From contig JAWCLZ010000002.1 of the NCBI GenBank assembly GCA_038850275.1, forward strand, positions 38,993-102,992: 64,000 nucleotides of DNA, given 5' to 3'. Shown piece by piece: positions 48,205 to 56,796 of the stretch. Below the pieces are notes generated by a model. The model had not been told where the DNA came from and made no database searches. It worked only from the letters and a program-made list of their open reading frames with translations. The translations under genes were made by a program, and so were the position numbers. The DNA is from Methanocellales archaeon. Lineage in GTDB: Archaea > Halobacteriota > JAWCLZ01. Positions within the stretch are counted from its first letter, which is position 1, and every line of letters begins with the position of its first letter.

Positions 48205-49765
48205 GGATATAAACTAGAGCTAAAATTGCAATTACTGCAATTGCAACCTCGAATCCAGGTGCTACTCTACGAGTGGGTGTTGGTTGGGGAGGCGTGGGAG
48301 TTTGAGTTGGCAAGCTAGTTGGAGTTGGGGTTACCTCATCGAGATTTGTGATCGCAATTGTACTTGATTTTGCTATAGCGCGATAGTTTTTAATATCCAT
48401 ATAGGTTGAGGTTGCTTGAGGTAGAGTAAAAGAACGATTAGTTATGATCTCGATCTCATATTTCAATGAAGCACTTTCACCTGCCTTTAAAACCAAGGTG
48501 TTTGAAACTAAACTACCATTAATTAACTTAGTGCTTTCCAAGGGTATTTCATCTGAGATGTTAACAGCACAGGTTCTATCCCCTGAGTTCATAGCGGTAA
48601 TCGTTATGTTAATTCTACTCCCATTTTTAACAACTGTATTATCAGCTGTCTTCGTCAGCTCAATATATGGCCCGTGGACGATTAATTTGGGCTCCTCAGA
48701 TTCGATTGAGTAATTAACTCCATTGTAAGTAAAATTGGCAGTTGCCTTTGGAAGAGTATAAGTACCTGGTTTTAATGGTATCATCACATAAAATGGAATT
48801 AATCTCTCTTTCTCAACCCCTGGTTCAAGTACATCGATCTTCATATTAGTCTGACCGCTTTTGAGTTTGAATTCACTTAAAAGGGAATCGTTTATTACCA
48901 CGTCGTAGACTGGGAAGCTTCCATGGTTGCGTATAACCACAGTTACCCCTGAGGTTTCATCCATATATATACCTGTTTCAGTTGGAGTTGGAGTTAAATA
49001 TCCCACGCTACCGGAAACCAATTTTATTATTTCAATCATGGATTCTATCTCTATTGCCTTTGAACCACTCCAAGTATAGGATATATTCTTTGCATCATAG
49101 CCAGTGGCAGTTACATTTATGTAGAGCGTGGTTTTATTAAGCAGTGATGGAGCATTTAATGTTAAGAGTATATCTGGTACTTGCTCACCTCTTTTTATCT
49201 CACTATAGCTCTTAGTTGTCTCCCCCATTATCACTTGCATACCACTAGTATCGATGTTCAATTTAACATCCCCAGCTCTCGCTCCTTTATATGAACCTGG
49301 AGAATCGCTCCCAGTGTTTTTGACCTTCACTGTTACTTGAATATATCTATTTGCTTTATAGCTATTTGCATCAGTGGTTACCTCTATGGAGAGCTCAGGT
49401 AATCCTCTTAAGGTAACATATAGATCGACATAGGCTTTATTAGGGGGCTCGATATATACATTGGAAACATCTATCCAGATTTCATCTTCTCCATTGTAAT
49501 TCCAATGATTGCTTGGATAAACATTCATAATTCTCTGGTCGAGGTAAACCCCATCTTTATAGAGCTTTAGCTTAACACTTTTAATATCACCACTTACAGT
49601 GAAATCCGCGGCTTCAATTGTATAATTTCTAAAATTAGCTTTATCCCCCCAGTAAAGCTTTGCAGATTGCTGAGATTCCATCTCAATTGGAGCTGAGTAG
49701 CTTTTGCAGATATATGGAAGGGTAAATGCAAATAAAGCAAGGAATAACGCTATTCTCCAGTTCAT
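48182..49765 (-). CDS. Secreted surface glycoprotein with PGF-CTERM archaeosortase sorting signal
   Basis: 527 aa; N-terminal signal peptide; >=12 N-x-S/T sequons; TPTPT...PTPPQPTPT linker; C-terminal VAPGFEVAIAVIAILALVYIL + GGGRR (PGF motif, TM helix, basic tail). Confidence 0.7.
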   Translation of the reverse strand: MNWRIALFLALFAFTLPYICKSYSAPIEMESQQSAKLYWGDKANFRNYTIEAADFTVSGDIKSVKLKLYKDGVYLDQRIMNVYPSNHWNYNGEDEIWIDVSNVYIEPPNKAYVDLYVTLRGLPELSIEVTTDANSYKANRYIQVTVKVKNTGSDSPGSYKGARAGDVKLNIDTSGMQVIMGETTKSYSEIKRGEQVPDILLTLNAPSLLNKTTLYINVTATGYDAKNISYTWSGSKAIEIESMIEIIKLVSGSVGYLTPTPTETGIYMDETSGVTVVIRNHGSFPVYDVVINDSLLSEFKLKSGQTNMKIDVLEPGVEKERLIPFYVMIPLKPGTYTLPKATANFTYNGVNYSIESEEPKLIVHGPYIELTKTADNTVVKNGSRINITITAMNSGDRTCAVNISDEIPLESTKLINGSLVSNTLVLKAGESASLKYEIEIITNRSFTLPQATSTYMDIKNYRAIAKSSTIAITNLDEVTPTPTSLPTQTPTPPQPTPTRRVAPGFEVAIAVIAILALVYILKGGGRR

Positions 49766-49952
49766 CTTCTATCTTATCATAATTATGATTGATTTCTATA
49801 TATATTTTTTGAGTTTTCAAACAAAAAATTCATAAAATTTATAATATATATCAAATTTCTAATTTTTTTTGATTTTAGATTTCTCTTTGCATAAACTTTT
49901 TATGCATTGTAGATGAATTCACTTGAACTAAAAGTAAAATAAGGGTGAAAAA

Positions 49953-50210
49953 TTGGGTAGAAAAGAAGTGATTCAAGAAATGCTTAAATTACTAGAGAAA
50001 TATCCAGATAAAGCACCTCATCTACCATGGGGCTTGAAAAACTGCCCAATGTGTAGAAGCGACTGCTGCAAATGGATAAGCAAATGCAGAGCTCGAGATC
50101 GCTATCTAGAGCCTCCTTATTGCAAAGTGGTATTCTATGAAGATGGCGAGTGGAATATTGAAAAATTGAGGCAGTACTTGCGTGGGTTAATCAATGCAGA
50201 ACAAACATAA
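49953..50210 (+). CDS. Hypothetical Cys-rich small protein
   Basis: 85 aa; CPMCRSDCCKWISKC. Confidence 0.3.
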   Translation: MGRKEVIQEMLKLLEKYPDKAPHLPWGLKNCPMCRSDCCKWISKCRARDRYLEPPYCKVVFYEDGEWNIEKLRQYLRGLINAEQT

Positions 50211-50244
50211 AGCTTATTGGATAAGAGAGTGCAAATGTTCTTAA

Positions 50245-50319
50245 GGGGCAGTGGGGTAGCCTGGTCTATCCTCGAGCCTTTGGGAGGCTTGGACCGCAGT
50301 TCAAATCTGCGCTGCCCCA
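50245..50319 (+). tRNA. tRNA-Pro (anticodon UGG), no encoded CCA
   Basis: Manual fold: acceptor GGGGCAG/CTGCCCC, D-loop AGCCTGGTCTA, anticodon stem GAGCC/GGCTT with loop TTTGGGA (U33, UGG, G37), T-arm CGCAG-TTCAAAT-CTGCG, discriminator A. Confidence 0.8.
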
Positions 50320-50457
50320 TTTTTGATAATTCAATTTTAATTTTAATTTCAAAATTAAATTTTAATTTTTTAAAATGATGATATTATGATGAGTTTATTA
50401 TCAATTTTGATATTGTGATAACAAAATTTATTTTATAAAAATTAGATTTTATTTATA

Positions 50458-51597
50458 ATGATTGCAGATGCAAAAGCTCAGTTGAGCATGGACTTCCTAG
50501 GTGGATTTGTAATACTCTTCTTCAGTTTAGTAACAGTTTTAATATTTCTACCAACTTTATTCAGCACTCTTCAAAACCCAAGCATAGATCTCCACCCAGT
50601 GGCATATAGAACAAGTGTATTACTCGCAGAAGACCCAGGTTGGTGGAGCAATATCACAGTTGGCGAGCAAGGCTACAACTGGGAAGATCACTTGAACTAT
50701 ACTAGTAGAATTGGCCTTGCAAGCGTTAAATATGGAAAGGGAGATGCATGTATATTGGATAGAAATAAAACTCTAGCGCTTCTCACTCTATATAATAAAT
50801 CGGATTCCACAAGCTATGGAAAAATTCAAGATCTCTTGGGCTTGAAAAGCTCAACGCGAAAATACGACTACAATATAACATTCAAAATCCTGCCATCGGG
50901 AGCGATATGGAAAATTAAGCGGAATGAAAGCGGAGTATATAAAGAATATAATATGACATTTGGCAGAGAAATACCAAACTCTGGCAATGTGGAGAAAGTG
51001 GTGCGCATATTAAGAATTTATAAAGGATTTTACCCTGAATACATGCCATACATAGTCCCAGGTATAAACCCAGAGGAGAGGTGGTATCCAAACTGGCCAG
51101 ATGGATATTATCCCTTTGATGATATAAATGACGATGACAAAGGACAGTTTGACCACCCGCTCTTACTGAGCTATCCACTGGGGTATTTCAAGATATATAA
51201 TTTCGGCAGAGAGCCAAGTGCTACAGCTGTAGACGATCTCGACCTATATGTAACAACTGATCTCACTCAAACTGAAAATCGTTTATTGCACGCGAATCCC
51301 AACCTCGTGGTTTCTTGGAACAACAACACCGGCTGGAGCGGGCCATATTGGAATGGCACTGATTGGAGCATAGACCCAGGTACTGGTTTGAAGTCACGCA
51401 ATTTCGAAGAAGAAATCAATAGCAAACTTGAAGACCTAAATGCTAGCGATGGACAGCTATTTTTGCTTTCAATTAAATATCACAATGCACAAGGAGATGT
51501 CTCTGCACCCAATGCAGTGACTTGGCTTGAAGATCCTTGGCTGCCAACGGGAGAAGACATTCGTGGATTATTCAAACTGGAGGTATGCATATGGTAA
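50458..51597 (+). CDS. Class-III-signal (type IV pilin-like) secreted protein, gene A of the pilin/adhesin operon
   Basis: 379 aa; N-terminus MIADAKAQLSMDFLGGFVILFFSLVTVLIF fits the archaeal prepilin Q-x-S-x-[ED]-F-L + hydrophobic helix pattern; many N-glycosylation sequons; W/Y/D-rich ectodomain. Confidence 0.5.
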   Translation: MIADAKAQLSMDFLGGFVILFFSLVTVLIFLPTLFSTLQNPSIDLHPVAYRTSVLLAEDPGWWSNITVGEQGYNWEDHLNYTSRIGLASVKYGKGDACILDRNKTLALLTLYNKSDSTSYGKIQDLLGLKSSTRKYDYNITFKILPSGAIWKIKRNESGVYKEYNMTFGREIPNSGNVEKVVRILRIYKGFYPEYMPYIVPGINPEERWYPNWPDGYYPFDDINDDDKGQFDHPLLLSYPLGYFKIYNFGREPSATAVDDLDLYVTTDLTQTENRLLHANPNLVVSWNNNTGWSGPYWNGTDWSIDPGTGLKSRNFEEEINSKLEDLNASDGQLFLLSIKYHNAQGDVSAPNAVTWLEDPWLPTGEDIRGLFKLEVCIW

Positions 51598-52187
51598 AAA
51601 GCGAAGCACAGGTTTTCACCCTCGAGGGCTTGGGCGCGGCTGTGATAATAATGCTTGCATTATACTTCATGCTTCAATCCCCAGTTATCTTCACCCCTCC
51701 AACTGCGCAGCATTTAAATGTTCAACTTTCCCAACTCGGTAGAGATGCACTTCTAGCGCTTGATATAGAAGTGCCTAGCAATAGTACTCTTGCTAATTAT
51801 ACTTTGAAGAGCTATTTAAAAGCAATTAATAAAAGCGACCTTAAGATTCCAACTCAAATGAGAAAAGACCTATGCTCTCTTCTCCCGAGGAATGTGATGT
51901 TTAACGTGGTTTTAAGCTATGTTAATTTAAGCGGGGTAAACATAAGCGAGGGGAATTATACCATGCTAAATATCACCACTCTTATCTTAAATTCTGATAA
52001 TACTACTGAATTCATAACCAATCTCACGCCTCCTCAGGATTCCACAACTGCTAGCCATTTAGTAGTGCTCTACGATAGCGAGCTTAGCGAGGACTCGCCA
52101 TTCAAAGTAAATGCAACTGAAATGGGAACTGAGCCTGAGAGAATACCCCACGTTATAGAGGTGAGACTTGAGCTATGGTATGTTTAA
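51585..52187 (+). CDS. Class-III-signal pilin-like protein, gene B
   Basis: Start MHMVKSEAQVFTLEGLGAAVIIMLALYFML; ~11 sequons in ~200 aa; overlaps gene A by 13 nt. Confidence 0.5.
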   Translation: MHMVKSEAQVFTLEGLGAAVIIMLALYFMLQSPVIFTPPTAQHLNVQLSQLGRDALLALDIEVPSNSTLANYTLKSYLKAINKSDLKIPTQMRKDLCSLLPRNVMFNVVLSYVNLSGVNISEGNYTMLNITTLILNSDNTTEFITNLTPPQDSTTASHLVVLYDSELSEDSPFKVNATEMGTEPERIPHVIEVRLELWYV

Positions 52188-52600
52188 GAAATGAAGAAGG
52201 GCAGATCATAATATTATTTGGATTTTTAATAGCAGCTAGCTTAATCGTATTAGCTGTGCTTTTAAATACTGTGCTATTCTCAGGCCAGCAGGCAGTCGTT
52301 GGGGAGTTTACCTTCCCTAAATATGAGATACAGGATATAAGGCTTCAAACTCTAGAGCAAGCTAAAATTGCGGCAAATCGCTCGGAGTTTAAAAATGAAA
52401 CTATATTTAATGAGATAATTGAGCTATATAGTAAGCAAATCCTAGCATTATATAGCGAGAGGGGTGCTTATGCTTTAGTCACAATTAAGCCTGTGAAGAG
52501 TGGAGAGAATATAACTTGGGCTCAAGTCAAGGTAATCTACAACGATATGTATACTGATTACAAAAGTGTGGATGTGATCTATGATTTAAAGGGGGAATAA
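52175..52600 (+). CDS. Class-III-signal pilin-like protein, gene C
   Basis: 141 aa; RNEEGQIIILFGFLIAASLIVLAVLL (KGQ-type prepilin cleavage context + hydrophobic helix); overlaps gene B by 13 nt. Confidence 0.5.
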   Translation: MVCLRNEEGQIIILFGFLIAASLIVLAVLLNTVLFSGQQAVVGEFTFPKYEIQDIRLQTLEQAKIAANRSEFKNETIFNEIIELYSKQILALYSERGAYALVTIKPVKSGENITWAQVKVIYNDMYTDYKSVDVIYDLKGE

Positions 52601-52607
52601 TTGGAAT

Positions 52608-55600
52608 ATGAATAAAATGAAGAAGAATATGAATAGTAATACTAAGTGGAATAAATTTGTTAATAATACTCAAGCGGTAACTCCAACCTATGAATATATA
52701 ATACTCATTGGAATTTTAATCGTCTATATCACTCTCTTCCTCACTATTTACGCTGATGAATTTGGAATAGCACCTTTGAGAATCGCAATGCAAACGCAGT
52801 TCGAGGATATTGGCAATGATATTAGCTCAAAAGTCGTGGATATGTATATAATTGCACCTGAATCAGGCTATTTAAAAACCAAATTCTACATGCCTCAAGC
52901 AGTTGGTAAATATGAATATAAAGTTGAATTCAAAGAAATAGGACTTGACCAGCAAATTTTGGTTTCAGCGCTGAGGTTTGAGAAAGAAGTAATGATCACT
53001 TTAAATAAAATAGGCTCAAGCTTAGGACTAACTGGCTCTACTTATAGTTCCACTCCTGAGCACTGGCTTATCTATAGCATGAGCTCGCAATATGATCTAA
53101 CTCCAATTGCAGTTGCATATCCAAGGGAAGTCTCTTATAACCTCACTTCTGGGTGGAGTGATATAGTTGTTTTCGATGGAAGTGATTCAAAAGGTATAGG
53201 CGAGCTTCAATATAAATGGGACTTCAATGGCGATGGAATTGTAGACGCGACTAATGCAACTGAATATTATCAATACTCAGCTCCAGGTGTTTACAATGCA
53301 ACTTTAACAATCTATGATCCAATTTTAGATAGAGAAGCTTCAACAACTGTTCAAGTAAATGTTACCACTAGTTATATCGAGCCATCCATAGATGCCTATA
53401 AATATGTATCTCCAAGGAGCTTTGGAGTGGGTAAACCAAGTTATACAACTATAGTGCTCTATGGCAAGGGAATACCTCAAAATGAATCCCATATTGATGT
53501 AATGCAAGTGATAGATGTCTCAGGAAGTATGGATCCAGATTGGCTAAAGATAGCTGGCGGTGATCCAGAAACAGGCTACACTCCATTCTCAAATAAGAGT
53601 ATAAAGGGAACCGCTGGAAGCAAGATCTGGACTGAGAGCTTTAGTTTAACAAGCGCTGCTAATGAAACAATTGAAAAACTTCACGTTGAACTCTGGAATG
53701 TAAGCGGGAGTAATAATGTTGATCTCTACGTCAAGCCCCCAGGTGGAATTGCTGAGAGAGCGCAGACTATAACTCCTTGGTATGAGCGCTATGAAAAAGC
53801 AAATCCACCCTTAGGTAGCTATACCATCTACGTACTTGGAGACTTCCCAGTTGGGAGCCAGTCGTTTAAAGTGAATGTAAACAAGACCTCAAAGATTAGT
53901 ATAAGTGGAGCTGTGGATACCTACACTTGGAGCAATACCACTTATAATTTGAACGTGGCTAAGTGGATGGAGACATATATAACTTGGCCCACTAGCTCAG
54001 TCGATCTAAATCTATATTTAACCGACCCGAGCTCAGCAACTTATGCTCCAACTTCAGCAAATCTCTCTTCGCCCTCTCGCAATTGGGAGCGAATTTATCT
54101 CACTAATATAAAAGCTGGGGACTGGACAGTTGCAGTTTACAACAATGGGTCTTACCCCACTTATAATGTTACAATTCAAGCTTGGTGCATCGAAGAAAAC
54201 AAGGATCCCAAAGTGGATATAACCATGGATGGCTCTTCAACTGGTAAAAAAACCCCACATACCTTCACAGGTTTAACAGGCACTCATACCTTCACTGTGC
54301 CCAGCAGCGATTCAAAAGGACATCAATTTTGGAAGTGGAATGAAACTGGCTCTACAAGTAGAACGATAAGTGTGAGTTCAAGTGGAACTTATACCGCTGT
54401 ATATCGCCAGCCTCCACCTACCCCTACACCAACACCAACTTTCACAATTTCAAATCCAGGAGAGCAGACTGTGTATCGAGGCAGCTCGAAATCAATAAGT
54501 ATAACGGTAACAAGTTATTATGGCTATAACAAAGAGGTTAGTTTAAACGCTAGCGGAATGCCAAGTGGCACTACAATTACCTTCACTCCCGATAAAAAAA
54601 CGCCCACATTTAGCTCTACAATGACTATAAATGTGAGCGCGAGTACGCCAACTGGAAATTATCCAATAACAATCATTGGCACTGGGAGCGATGGATTAGT
54701 TAAAACTCAAACATTCACATTATATATACCTGATTTCTCAATAAGTGCTTCTCCCTCTTCGGGGAGTGTTAAAACCACGGGCGGGAGCACCAATTATACC
54801 ATTACCTTAACCTCGCTATATAAATTCGCAGGCAGCATCTCGCTCTCAATCTCAGGATTGCCAGCAGGTGCTAGTGCCACATTCAGCCCTAATCCAGTTA
54901 GCCTATCAGCTGGGCAAACTAAGACCTCAACCCTCACTGTTTCAGTGCCCCCTGGAACTCCAGTTGGAGATTATACCTTAACCATAACTGGCATAAGTGG
55001 AAGCCTCAGCCATTCAACAAGCGTAACTCTTAAAGTCATAATACCCCCACCTGGCTTGCTCTACTGGCTAGCTAGACTATATGAAATCTCACTCCCAAGT
55101 CCATGGATCAGCGCTAGAGCTGCTCCAGGTGTAGAGAGCTTCACTGGATATATACGCCTTGGCGAAACTCCAGTAACAAACTTTAGCGGCAATATAACTG
55201 CAAGCGAGCCGCCTAGGTGGGATAATACTGAGAGTCCAATCTTGATTAATGAATCCATTGAGAACTTCAAGATAAGTTTGAATTACTACGATGAATATGG
55301 GAATGAAAGTTTGCACTTCTGGGTAAGTAAAAATGGCGCTCCTCCAGTGCTAGTAGCTGGATTAATGGGTGAGTACTATGACAACATGGATTTAACCAAT
55401 TTGAAATTAACTAGACTAGACCCAGTGGTAGACTTCAACTGGGGCTCAGGCTCACCACATTCTTCAATTGAAGCTGATACCTTCTCAGTTAGATGGACTG
55501 GCTATGTTAAAGTGGATAGGTCTGAGACTTATACATTTTATGTAGTTACAGACGATGGAAGTAGGGTATGGGTTGATGATACGCTTATCATCGATTCTTG

Positions 55601-56792
55601 GATTAATCAATCAACGACTGAGCGCAGTGGAAGTATTTATCTCGCTGAGGGCTGGCATAAGATAAAATATGAATATTATGAGAACACTGGAAGTGCAACT
55701 GCTAGATTGCTATATTCCTCTCCAAGCACGCCTAAACAAGTTATACCGCAGGATCACCTGAGCCCAGTTAATATGAAGGGCAATGTATGCATAAATTATA
55801 CTGAGACAAATGTAATTGCACCTGCTACTTACACTATTTATATAACTGGAACTTTCCTCAGCGGTACAAAGGATTTTGAACTGCAAACCTATATGGCTAA
55901 ACTAGATGCAGCTAGGATAAGTGGTAAAACCTTTGAGGATATGTTGAATAGCTCTTCAGATAAATCTGGATTAGTTTCATTTGGTGGCAATGCAACTATT
56001 ATTAACCAATCAGATGTGAGGTTGATTCAAAGTCTAACTTATAGCCATAGCCTTGTTAAAGCTGGCTTCGATTTATTAGAGGCGCATAATGGCACGCCAG
56101 TGGGTGAAGCCATCTATGTTGCAGTTCAAGAGCTAAATAATTCCTCGGAGTTCTTCACTGAGAATGATCGCACTCGAGTGCCTGTGATAATCTTGCTCTC
56201 AGATGGACTGCCAACCCTCCCAGCAACCCTTGAGGAGATCTCTGAAAATAATTATACTCGAGCTATTCAATATGCCCTTGAGCAGGCTAATATTGCGAAG
56301 AGCATGGGTATTTTGATCTATGCAATTGGATTTGGAGTTGATGCTGACATGAATTTCCTCGCTAACATCTCAAGTGGCGAGGGCTTTTACTTCTTCGCTG
56401 CTACTAAAGAAGAGCTTCAAGCGATTTATCTGCAAATAGTTAAGGAACTTAGGGAATATGCTGGTAGAAATGTAGTGATCACTGATGTAGTGCCAGCTGG
56501 TATAAATGTAGTAAGCGCACCAGGAGCGAGTGAGATAATTAATAATGATGATGGAACTACAACTATTATCTGGAGAGTAGGTGGAGTTAAAATTTATAGA
56601 CATGGTCAAACACCACTGGTGAGGAGATTGGTGATATCAACTATGAGCACTGGTTCCACTAATGCCAATGTATATGGTCTCTCCAATGTTACTTATACCA
56701 ATGTTATCACAGGTGATCTAACCACTTTTGTATTTCCTGAGACGAATATCTACGTTAAACCAGTTGGCAGTGGACAGATGAGTATGGAGTGA
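52608..56792 (+). CDS. Giant (1394 aa) surface adhesin with pilin-like N-terminal TM segment, MIDAS motif, PPC-like beta-sandwich repeats, TP-linker, PA14 domain and vWA domain
   Basis: N-terminus ...TQAVTPTYEYIILIGILIVYITLFL is pilin-like. DVSGSMD is a MIDAS D-x-S-x-S motif at aa ~302. VDLYV / VDLNLYLT are PPC-type motifs. PPPTPTPTPT is a linker. The PA14 domain (aa ~917-1040) contains GEYYDNMDL...FSVRWTGYVK...YTFYVVTDDGSRVWVDD...GWHKIKYEYYE. The vWA C-terminal half (aa ~1100-1290) contains GNATI...NGTPVGEAI...ILLSDGLPT...ILIYAIGFG. Confidence 0.7.
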   Translation: MNKMKKNMNSNTKWNKFVNNTQAVTPTYEYIILIGILIVYITLFLTIYADEFGIAPLRIAMQTQFEDIGNDISSKVVDMYIIAPESGYLKTKFYMPQAVGKYEYKVEFKEIGLDQQILVSALRFEKEVMITLNKIGSSLGLTGSTYSSTPEHWLIYSMSSQYDLTPIAVAYPREVSYNLTSGWSDIVVFDGSDSKGIGELQYKWDFNGDGIVDATNATEYYQYSAPGVYNATLTIYDPILDREASTTVQVNVTTSYIEPSIDAYKYVSPRSFGVGKPSYTTIVLYGKGIPQNESHIDVMQVIDVSGSMDPDWLKIAGGDPETGYTPFSNKSIKGTAGSKIWTESFSLTSAANETIEKLHVELWNVSGSNNVDLYVKPPGGIAERAQTITPWYERYEKANPPLGSYTIYVLGDFPVGSQSFKVNVNKTSKISISGAVDTYTWSNTTYNLNVAKWMETYITWPTSSVDLNLYLTDPSSATYAPTSANLSSPSRNWERIYLTNIKAGDWTVAVYNNGSYPTYNVTIQAWCIEENKDPKVDITMDGSSTGKKTPHTFTGLTGTHTFTVPSSDSKGHQFWKWNETGSTSRTISVSSSGTYTAVYRQPPPTPTPTPTFTISNPGEQTVYRGSSKSISITVTSYYGYNKEVSLNASGMPSGTTITFTPDKKTPTFSSTMTINVSASTPTGNYPITIIGTGSDGLVKTQTFTLYIPDFSISASPSSGSVKTTGGSTNYTITLTSLYKFAGSISLSISGLPAGASATFSPNPVSLSAGQTKTSTLTVSVPPGTPVGDYTLTITGISGSLSHSTSVTLKVIIPPPGLLYWLARLYEISLPSPWISARAAPGVESFTGYIRLGETPVTNFSGNITASEPPRWDNTESPILINESIENFKISLNYYDEYGNESLHFWVSKNGAPPVLVAGLMGEYYDNMDLTNLKLTRLDPVVDFNWGSGSPHSSIEADTFSVRWTGYVKVDRSETYTFYVVTDDGSRVWVDDTLIIDSWINQSTTERSGSIYLAEGWHKIKYEYYENTGSATARLLYSSPSTPKQVIPQDHLSPVNMKGNVCINYTETNVIAPATYTIYITGTFLSGTKDFELQTYMAKLDAARISGKTFEDMLNSSSDKSGLVSFGGNATIINQSDVRLIQSLTYSHSLVKAGFDLLEAHNGTPVGEAIYVAVQELNNSSEFFTENDRTRVPVIILLSDGLPTLPATLEEISENNYTRAIQYALEQANIAKSMGILIYAIGFGVDADMNFLANISSGEGFYFFAATKEELQAIYLQIVKELREYAGRNVVITDVVPAGINVVSAPGASEIINNDDGTTTIIWRVGGVKIYRHGQTPLVRRLVISTMSTGSTNANVYGLSNVTYTNVITGDLTTFVFPETNIYVKPVGSGQMSME

Positions 56793-56796
56793 TGAG

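Noticed and set aside
50135-50320. 61-aa minus-strand ORF
   Set aside because: It overlaps the tRNA-Pro gene almost entirely and is a spurious antisense ORF
50380-50405. Two UGAUGA (box C-like) motifs that suggested a C/D-box sRNA
   Set aside because: The motifs are only 13 nt apart and no CUGA box D/D' is present at the appropriate spacing
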